From Eledone cirrhosa (lineage: Eukaryota): a stretch of 64,000 nt of DNA. The notes beneath the pieces were generated by a model. The model saw only the letters and a list, made by a program, of their open reading frames with translations. It was not told where the DNA came from and did not search any database. How positions within the stretch are numbered: the first letter of the stretch is position 1; every line of letters starts with the position of its first letter. Position numbers and translations under genes: made by a program. Positions 54,780 to 64,000 of the stretch are shown piece after piece. The DNA is taken from assembly GCA_964016885.1 (NCBI GenBank), contig OZ024746.1, positions 25,606,001-25,670,000 of the forward strand. Direction: 5' to 3'.

Positions 54780-57700
54780 TTTATGTATGTGTGTAGACAT
54801 CACAGGTTACTCATAATACCAATTAGAAGCTTTAAACAATGTAAATTGTTTGTGAAGTTAATCAGTAAACAATTGTGTTTGTCCAAGTGGGCACAGCTTC
54901 ACAGCTCCAGTGTGCACTACATCATTGCACCACCAATGTGCTCTATCTCCCCACACCAGTGTGTACTACATCAGACCACCAGTGTGCACCACCTCATTGT
55001 TCCACCAGTGTGTTCTATAACTGGACCACCAGTGTGCACTACATCACACCACGTGTGTACTACCTGACTGCACCACTTGTGTGCACTACCTCGCTGTAAC
55101 AATGTGCACTACTTCACTGCACTATACATGTGCATTGCACCAGTGTGCACTATCTCACTGCACTGCCAATGTGCACTGCCTCACTGCACCACCAGTGTGC
55201 ACTTGTTCACTACCTAGCAGAATTATAGTATGAGAGCAATGGCTGATATATGTTGTTGTTTAGCCCTAGGCTGGTCTTGACCCCACAGATCTACGATAAA
55301 TATATCAGTGCCAATTCCCAACAAAACTCTTTAGTATAAGAATTCAGTCAGCTGATTTAACCTTTCATTTCAAGATAAAAAAATGTTATTTTGATAAATG
55401 TTTCATCTACATAAAAAACTATACTGTGGCAGTTGTTTATTGTGATTCCCAGGCACAAGACCACATATATGTACATTTTTTAATGGGGGGGGGGGGGTTA
55501 CAGTCAACTCTCTGCCTCTGTGTTTATCAGTTATGTTGCACCATGAAAGAAGGGTCATGGTGTACCACTCACATGATCGTTTTGGCCAGAAATGGAGGTG
55601 TGTGTGAGAGCTTAGCAACATCTTATCACAAAATAACATGCTTCTAGAAAGATCCAACAGTACAACATGGGAAAGAAATAAAGAAAAAAAAGATGTATAG
55701 CTGATTAAATTTACTCCCTCCTTAACTAGAATATACATTACCCACCACAAAATCATGAAAGATAAGTTAAGAGATTAAATGACATGGCACATTATTTCTA
55801 AAAATTCAGTAGTGATTTTTAGAAATATCTAAAAACAGGTTTGTCAATTGAAAAGTTAATATCTATATACTAGTGGACAGATTGCTGTGAAAAGTTGCAG
55901 TATTATCTCTTAACATACTTTAATGATTTAGCAGAAAATATCTAAAACTTCATGTTAATTGCAATGTTTATAGCTTCTTTACTAGTAGACAGATTGTTGA
56001 GAAAATTTACAGTAATAGAATAAAAAGTTAAATCTTTAATGTGATGCAGTCATAGTACTTTTCAAGAATGCCCTACTAATGAGGTTTCATACAGTACAGG
56101 GCGTTAAGAATTAATGTCAGAAACACAAAAAGAAAATTTCTGCATCGTAAAGGAGTCACTTTGCAATCACATGGTCACTGGTTCAATCCCACAGAGAGTC
56201 TTCTACTCTAGCCTCGGGTTGACCAATGCCTTGCGAGTGGAATTTGCTAGACAGTAACTGAAGAAGCCTGTCAAATACATGTGTATGTGTGTTGTTAAAA
56301 ACATGACTATGTTCAAGTTTAAATCTAATAAAATAAATTAAAACCCAAACATAGTTATGTGTTCCCTATGTAAGTATGTATGTATATGTGTATGTGTATC
56401 ATCATCACAGTTTTAAGTCTATTTTCCATGCTTGCATGGGTTAGACAGTTTATAATGCTGCAGCTACACAAGCAGATTAGATGACTGTCATGTTCATATA
56501 TTCCATTTTGGCATGGCTGTATGCCCTTCCTAATGCCAACCATGTCACTGTGTATACTGCATTTATTTTCTCATGGCAAAACCACTACTACCCAACAGGG
56601 TGGACTGGGTGCTTTTTCGTGGCACTTCCACTTTACTGTATGAGCTGGGTGCATTTTATCATCACACCGCCACTGTAACTTTACAGAGTGGGCTAGGTGC
56701 AAATTTATCATGAAACTAGCACTTCTCGCTTCTCATGTGGGCTGAGAACATTTCTTTTATTTCAACACTAGCGCATTGCATCCTTGGCGAAACTTTGAGG
56801 ACAGTAATAGGGAGTAGGGGAAGAGTAGTGTGGGCTGCTTGTTACTAGAGGGAGGGGTGAGTTGACCTTAAGATGAGTGACGTCTGGTGGTATTGTATGT
56901 GTGTGGGGGAAAAGGTTATATGGCTTTTCATGGTGTCGTGGTTGGGTATGGAGGTGAGAAATTGGGGGATTAATTTGACAGTGCAAATTGTGTAGAGTGC
57001 TGGGTTATAGAATGGTCTTGTTGAAAAGGAAGCAGGTGAGCAAGTATCATTTGGCCGTATAGTAACAGTTCATCCACTTTTGAGTAGAAGTCAGGGATGT
57101 TAGTAGGAGAGACTAATTGGGTAGGGAAGAGCTATGGAGGGTGAGATCCTGTGAGAACAGGGGGGGGGGGGGGACTAGGTGAGAAGAATAGCTAGTAAGA
57201 AACAATGATGGAAGGGGCAACTTAAGAGTTGGTACATTTTTCTGCCTTTTATGGCCAGCTTCCCTATATCATCATCATCATTTAACGACCATTGTCCATG
57301 CTAGCATGGGTTAGACGGTTTTGTTCCATTTGATGCAGGAATGGTCAGGAGACCATGTCTCATTCACACGGAAGCATCTCTGGCAAGTTTTTTTTACAGC
57401 TGAATGCCCTACCTAACACCAACCACATTTACAGTGTGGACTGGGAGCCTTTTCACCGTGTCTCCTACATGGCCACCTTACAGTGTGGACTGTTGTGTCA
57501 TCGACACAGTGAATGGAACAGGAGAGGGAGGATGGGGTAGGGTGTGACAGTGGGGTGTACTTTGAGTTTAGAGGTGCCTACTGACTAGGTTTGTATGCAA
57601 TGGTAGTTGGATCTTCTGTACAACTGCATGGTGCCAAAGGTCTCGATCCAGTGTCATTGTCTTAGAGAGGTGTAGGTGGGCAAGATCAGTTTTTATCACC

Positions 57701-57888
57701 TCGTCCCAAGTTTTTCTTGGTCTACTCACTCCGCAACGTCCATCAATTTTCATTGCCATGCACTTTTTTATACAGCTGTCGTCCTTCATACGCATCACAT
57801 GTCCATACCAATGCAATCTTCCTCTCCAGAACACAACATTTGATATCTCTTATACCTAGTCTCCCTCTTAGGTCATAAGAGGTATCAA

Positions 57889-57919
<31 letters not shown>

Positions 57920-60900
57920 GAGTTATATCGTTTGTTGATTATTCAACAAAATTAATTTTATAACACATTAGAAGCACTCTACAGGATTTATCTGGAGTAT
58001 CATTAATATTAACATTAATAAAGGGAAAAACAGATATATATATATACGAAACCTACAGTCAGTAGGCACCTCTTAACAAAAATACACCCCCGTCCTACTA
58101 CCTCCACCCCATCCACACCACCCCTTTCTATGTAAAGTTATGTTGGTACCACAACATCCAGTCCGAAATAAATGAGGTCGTGTAGGTGTCACGACAAAAA
58201 AACACACAGTCCACGCTGTAATGTGGCCGTGTAGGTAACACGGTAAAAACCTCCCAGTCCACACTGTAAACGTGGTTAGTGTTAGGAAGGGCATCCAGCC
58301 GTAGAAAACCCGCCAGACAGTCCTATACGAGCAAGACAACCAATCTTGCCTCAAGTGGGAAAATTCCCGTCCAAACCCATGCAAGCGTGGAAGATGGACG
58401 TTAAACGATGATGATGATGATGATATATATATATATATATAGTAGCCAGACTAAGAATAGGAGGGAAAATGGGAAAATGTTTATGGAGCTACATAAACCT
58501 CTGTTGATAAAAGGTTTCTCTCTATAAATGAAAGGCCAACTGTATGATGCATGTGTGAGAAGTGTGATGTTGCATGCTAATGAGACATGGGCAGTAAATA
58601 CAGGGGGTAAGCGATGGCTGGAGTGAAATGAAGCGAGCCTGATCTGTTGAATGTAAGATGTTAGTGTACACGAATGTTGAAGGATGAATGAGTTGAGAGA
58701 GGAAATAAACTGTAGTGTGCAAGATGATCGTTGGGTAAAGAAATGCCAGCAGTTATCGGCTGAAGAAAGCATCAGAAGAGAAAAACCAAGGAAAACCTGG
58801 GCAGATGTGGTGAAAATGGATCTCAAGATGTTGAACAACACGGAAGAGAGATGGAGGAATACAACCAGTGCTGGAAAAGACCGGTCCAAGCATGGAAAAA
58901 CGAACGTAAAATGGATGATGATGATAATATATGTAGTACGAAGTCCATAAGGCGGGTGGCTTAGTAGTGTTCGGCTCATGAGTTCGATTCTCAGGGGTGC
59001 ATTGCTCTAGTTCACTCAGCTGGAAAAAATGAATTGGGTCTGTAATTCAAAGGGCCAGCGTTGTCACACTGTATCGCGCTAAATCTTCCTGAGAATTAAG
59101 TTATGTGTGCATGTGTCTGGGGAAGGCTCAGCTACGAGCACGTTAATTTCGTGAGCAGGCCGTTCGATCGATCGAATCAACTGGAAGATTCGTCGTCGGA
59201 ACTGACAAAGTCCACCAACACCAACAACACAAAGTTTGTGTATATTTCCCAATGCCTTATTAAAATAATGATTATTAATTTGTGAGAAGGGGGTGTTAAG
59301 TTTGAACTGTTTAAGAGATGAAATAACGGAAAATTGAGGCGATCGTGTATCGGAGAGAGGGAGGCAAAGGACTAGAATGACCATAACTTTTATAATTGTG
59401 AGATAAATTTTAGTTTAATATAACAGAATTTATAAAATGTGTACGATGATGTACATATAACATACTATATATAATGAATATGATTTGCATATAAACAATT
59501 CATATAATGTATATGATTTACAAATAAAACAAAACAATAAAAATTAATCAGAGAAAAAACAAAAACTGAAGACATATACACTGAATTTCACGCTACAACA
59601 GGGAACGTTGATGTCACAGATTTGCCGCGAGTATTAGCGTGTTCGTGGCATTCGAATAGCAAAGAATCCCAACCAGCATCACTTGATACTTCAGAAAGAC
59701 AATATCAATAGCATGGCTGAAGTACTGGAATAACCAAACACTCCCATCAAAACCAACTGATACTTCAGAAAGGTGAGCCGCCAGCAATGACATGAAATGA
59801 CTAGCCGGGAATCGAACTTGCGTTGCGATTCGATCTCAAGAAAAGCTTATTCCGCATAGCATAATTCGAAACATCAACCCCTATAGAAAGTGTTCAATTT
59901 CATTCTAGAATTATATATTTTCTATCGATGTAAAAAGTTTAAAGAATACTTTTAAAAGCGAACAGGATACATACATTCACTCAATTGTGATTATCTATAA
60001 TCGCTCCGCCCCCCAGAGAATAGAAACTATTTTTGACTTTGGAACATTTTAACAGAACTAAGAAAGAGGAATGATCACTTAAAACCCCAGTAATATGTAA
60101 ATATCAACACTATCTTCGCAAAAATTGAGGCATTGTTCAACAAATAACAATTTATAAGGTCCCTAGCAATAATTAATTGTATTTATTAATTGTATTTATT
60201 ATTTGTATTTATATTTTAATTCTGTCAGAAGTATTTAAGTATCATATATATATTATTTATGTCTATTTTCTTTTCATTCTGTAAACATATTATATTCAAT
60301 GAAAAGTAATAACAGATTTTTATAATCACAATGTAATAATTGTTTCTACTTTTGGCACAAGGCCAGCAATCACCCAGTACATTACTGGTACCTTATTTTA
60401 TCGACCCCCGAAAGGATGAAAGGCAAAGTTAACCTCGGTCATAATGTAATAATGGTTTCTTATATAGGCACAAGCCCATCAATTTTTTGGGAGGGAAAAG
60501 TCGATTAGATCGACTCCAGTGCGTGACTGGTACTTTATTTTATCGACCCCGTAAAGATGAAAGGCAAAGTTAACTTCGACGGGATTTGAATTCAGATCAT
60601 AAATTTACTTAATAAATTGTCAATTTCAGTTCATATAATAAACTTTAAAACTACAAGGATGCGATTTTAAATACAAAACAGTTTAAGGTGAAACTCACCA
60701 CTTTCTACTCAGAAGAGGAAATATTTTAACGAAAAAGATTTCATCTATTTTAATTTTATAAAAAAAGTATTAAACCATCTTGTAAATATAAGTACAGTTT
60801 ATATAATGAACATATGATTTACGGAAAAAAACCAATCCACAGAAATTAATAAAAGAAATAAATGCGAGAAGTCCACATCTAAGTATACACTATAACCAAA

Positions 60901-61071
60901 ATTATTATAGATACATGTAATAATTATAATACCTTGGACACAGTCGGGACACCAGCTTTTACCATTAGGTTCTGCACTCCCTGTAAATAAAGCAAAGATA
61001 GTTTTGTCTTTGTTTTCATCAAGTGCCGTTTTATATTCATCATAACCGTTCACGTAAATTTTCTTAGCCAT
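48389..61071 (-). CDS. TXNDC17: Thioredoxin domain-containing protein 17 (TRP14), 123 aa; exons 60933-61071, 52362-52443, 50155-50236, 48389-48457
   Basis: Joined: MAKKIYVNGYDEYK...FTGSAEPNGKSWCPDCVQ-ADPVIKRNMQHLPTDAIFIHCSVGNRTF-WKDQNNVFRKDAKLRLSAVPTLLKFGQ-PNQLKEDQCTKDDLIQMLFTED*. WCPDC active site, 372 nt total, GT-AG introns with phases 1,2,0. Confidence 0.95.
49350..49575. repeat. Degenerate ~29-bp tandem repeat (ACAACCAGAAGGTCCCATGTTTTCCT)
   Basis: About 8 recurrences of AACCAGA..G..CCAT.TT. Confidence 0.75.
50155..50236 (-). CDS. TXNDC17: TXNDC17 exon 3
   Basis: ttccAG|WKDQNNVFRKDAKLRLSAVPTLLKFGQ|GTAAG, 82 nt. Confidence 0.93.
50921..51063. repeat. Inverted repeat with ~46-bp arms in TXNDC17 intron 2
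   Basis: ATATAAAGAATGGTGTG...ACAGAGATGCTATAAAATAGTT / AACTATTTTATAGCATCTCTGT...CACACTATTCTTTATAT. Confidence 0.8.
52362..52443 (-). CDS. TXNDC17: TXNDC17 exon 2
   Basis: tttcAG|..DPVIKRNMQHLPTDAIFIHCSVGNRT|GTAAG, 82 nt. Confidence 0.92.
52771..53860 (+). mobile_element. RTE-clade LINE remnant (RT and C-terminus)
   Basis: IWWALRKL, GIHQGPVLSPLLF, WELQYADDL, LKVNLTKTK, KGRLYAACIRSAMLY; related fragments at 57568-57870 (-) and 58450-58920 (+). Confidence 0.85.
54905..55205. repeat. Degenerate ~27-30-bp tandem repeat (CCACCAGTGTGCACTACCTCACTGCA)
   Basis: About 10 recurrences of GTGTGCAC/GTGTAC TAC..CA. Confidence 0.75.
60340..60600 (-). mobile_element. Two truncated tRNA-SINE copies; two more on + strand at ~62130-62450
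   Basis: Same SINE body; AATGTAATAAT duplicated around the first copy. Confidence 0.8.
60933..61071 (-). CDS. TXNDC17: TXNDC17 exon 1 (WCPDC)
   Basis: ATG at 61071, SWCPDCVQ, donor g|GTATT. Confidence 0.95.
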
Positions 61072-63604
61072 GTTTCTCAGTTGTGAAGTCTTGCAACTCT
61101 AATTAACTGCTCACTAAGGTAGATAACTCTGACAGTCAAACACGCAGCTAGCCGGCTAGATGTAAATTGAGCCCCCGAACACCCGATTAGGGATTAATTA
61201 CACCCAATTATTTATTTTCATTACGACACAATTCATTCTTGTTAACACTAGAGAGAAAATTTTATTTCAACAATTGTAGAGAATAATAGTATTAACTACT
61301 GTTATTTATATCATTGTTAACTTACCAAATTATCACTTATAATGACTATTTTATATTTATAACGTCGGTGGCTAGGATGTGTTAACGATTGTAAGGTCAT
61401 TAGTTGTGTCCTTGAGCAAGATACTTTATTTTACGTTTCTCTGGTTAACACGGTTTGGGAAAATGTTATGACAACACAGGTACCTAGGTTATGTCGGCCT
61501 TTCTCTTGTCCAACGTCGGTGGAGGGGAGAGATTGGCATACTCGCCTTCCCTGCCTAGATTTGTGCCTCAGAGAGGGGACTTTTCCAAATGCAAACCCAT
61601 GGTGAGTCACGACCGAAGATGGGTATCTATGCAGTGATGTATATCGTTTCTTTATTAGCTTTCTATTCTTTTGTTTTTAGAACTTTATTATTGTGGTTAT
61701 ATACAACAATGATTGTAATTACTGTGTAATTGCTTTAGTTTCCAAGTCACTTGCCAGACAAGTACAACTGTGGCTAAAATGACTTTCCATGATGTAATTG
61801 ATTTACTTTCAACACACCGTTTCAGACCAAATCACTTGCCAAACAAATACAGCTGTGGCTAAAGCGACTCTTCAGAATGTAATTGCTTTAGTTTCAATCA
61901 AGTCACTTGCCAGATAAGTGCAACCCTGAGACAATAATAATTAAAACGAATGGGGTGCATAAATGTCTATGAAGAATTGTAACAGTTTCTAATTTTATTT
62001 ACACAATTTATATTATACAAGATCGGAACGTCGGCGGCCCGTCTGAGGAGGGAGCACCAGAGCTCTTGCTACCCCCTCCCGTTCTTTTTTTCTCAATATT
62101 TCCTTATTCTTTCTTTCCTTATGGTAGTATCAGTAGAGTCGGACGCCATGTTTCCAGCATAGTTACGTCCCTTTACGGTCTGAGTTCAAATCTCACTGAG
62201 GTTAACTTTGCCTTTCATCCTTACGGGGTCGATAAAATAAAGTACCAGTACTGGGTAATTGTTGACGTTGTGTCAAAAGTAGAAACGATTATTAATCGGT
62301 AGAGGGTCGGACGCCATGCTTTGACGCATAGAGTTACGGCCTTTGCCATTCTGAGTTCAAATCCCGCCGAGGTTAACTTTGCCTTTCATCCTTACGGGGT
62401 CGATAAAATAAAGTACCAGTAATGTACTGAGTAATTTGCTGGCCTTGTTACTGTAAATGTTATTAATATATTTGACACTGAAATAAATTAAGTGATATTT
62501 ATATTATAATTGGGATTTGCAAAATAAACAAATCATTAGAAATTAATCAGTGGAAAATGGAAAGAGAAAATAAGGGAGAAGACATACACACTCAATTGCA
62601 GCAGAGAATGTCGATATTTTCTCCTGGCTGAGGCACTGGAATAGCCAAGCACCCTCACAGTATTCCCTAATACTTCAATAAAGGTGAGCCACCAACAATA
62701 ACAAAAGTCTTGTTCTTAGTAGCCTAGCTTCCCCGAATGTCTCGGGCTAAAAAATATAGTTCACTGATAATTCATGGTATTTCATTATTTTAACGTGTTG
62801 CTTACGGATGCGGTTACCCAAGGGACAGGTTAAACTTACATAGAGGCCCTGGCTAAATATTTCTTCTAGGTATAATATTTATGGTTGTAAAATACATTTA
62901 GGTATAATATATTATTATTTTTGGTAGAAAAAAAAAGATAATGATAATAATTTTAGGCTCTTGACTAATCCAGCCAGGCTCTGACTCCATCATCGAGTGA
63001 CCCCTACCTTTATCACAGAATCCAGGGTATGTGATGGAGCAAAAGTCGTTGACAGTAACGTGCCAGATAAGGCATCTATCTCTAACCCATGCGCAAAGGG
63101 AAGGACAAAAAATGTCTAATTACGATTTTGCTTACTCGTTTCTATTAATTTTAACAAAGCACCGTTAACTTCCATTTAACTATGACATACATACGAAAAA
63201 ACAATATCAGTTTTAGTAATTGAATTTTAAATAATAAACAAGAGAATAAACAACGATTATCAAATGAAAACAAAAGGGTTGGAGGTCGCACTTTCAATCA
63301 CACACAAGGAGTGCTGGAGTTTCCCTCTAATATTTTTTTAGGCAAGACATGTAGGCAGCATTGCTGCAAGGCACTGGAATAACAAAGCACCTTCACGAGC
63401 ACGAAAAGTAACGTTATAAAAATCGTTGATAAAAAAGAAATGGGGCTTTTTTTCCTTTTTTTTCTTGAGATTAACATCCGGTAGATTCAGTAAATGATAT
63501 AATGTCACGTTATTGTTATCTGTTCTGGGTACTTGATAGATCATATCGTTATTATCAGTATTTAGGACAACACGACTAGCGATACAACGAAATAGATAGA
63601 AACG

Positions 63605-63668
63605 ATGGCTGATCTCTCGACGATAAAATTACCCTTAAAAGTACCCGACGACGCTGAATTAGTTTCAG
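63605..63668 (+). CDS. Possible first coding exon of a divergent neighbouring gene (MADLSTIKLPLKVPDDAELVS)
   Basis: aacgATGG start context, CpG-containing unique sequence, cag|GTAAT donor; no homology recognised. Confidence 0.3.
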
Positions 63669-64000
63669 GTAATCTCATTTATTCTTTAATCCCTTTCTAC
63701 TGAAAAAACTGTCAGTGATTTTCAAATATTTTTTTTAGATAATCAATAATTTGAAAGGATTTAGTAATATAACTTTCTCACTGTTTATGATGGAATGTTT
63801 TTAGATAAATATAAACACTTTAAGACAAACAGTGTCGTAGAACCAGGGTTGTTATTAAAAGGGTTAACACATTTCAAAGAATTTCAGATAATCCTACAAT
63901 TTGTTTGTAAGCAAATTCCTTGAAGAATATTGCAGAATCATAAATACCTAATTATACGACTGGAATATATAATTCTGCTGCTTGTTAATTCGGCATTAAA

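Noticed and set aside
55573-55643. Exon-like segment (AG...GTGAGT) on the minus strand in TXNDC17 intron 1
   Set aside because: It contains an in-frame stop and is not needed for the 123-aa protein; there is no evidence beyond splice-like motifs (a poison exon cannot be excluded).

Overview
AT-rich, microsatellite-laden eukaryotic genomic DNA. The SINE/RTE repeat landscape suggests a cephalopod (octopus-like), which is inference. Two spliced protein-coding genes on the minus strand can be rebuilt by hand with consistent GT-AG junctions and reading phases. One is a LONRF-family gene (TPR-RING-TPR-RING-LON; 11 coding exons from 31249 down to 2333, 3' end runs off the window, 20-kb first intron). 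The other is a complete TXNDC17/TRP14 gene (4 exons, 123 aa, WCPDC). Between them lie a decayed mariner whose right TIR is split by a 4.16-kb Ty3/Gypsy LTR element (5-bp TSD), a GC-rich CRE-like RLE non-LTR retrotransposon with an N-terminal PHD-like finger, and a 325-bp tandem-repeat unit carrying an intact minimal type I hammerhead ribozyme plus an octamer motif (retrozyme/Penelope pLTR-like). That unit is the most interesting element. The window also holds an R4-like LINE remnant, RTE fragments, many tRNA-SINEs, MITEs, a non-autonomous Helitron inside a 28/33-bp minisatellite, a ~2.9-kb (TA)/(TG) microsatellite and several intronic hairpins.
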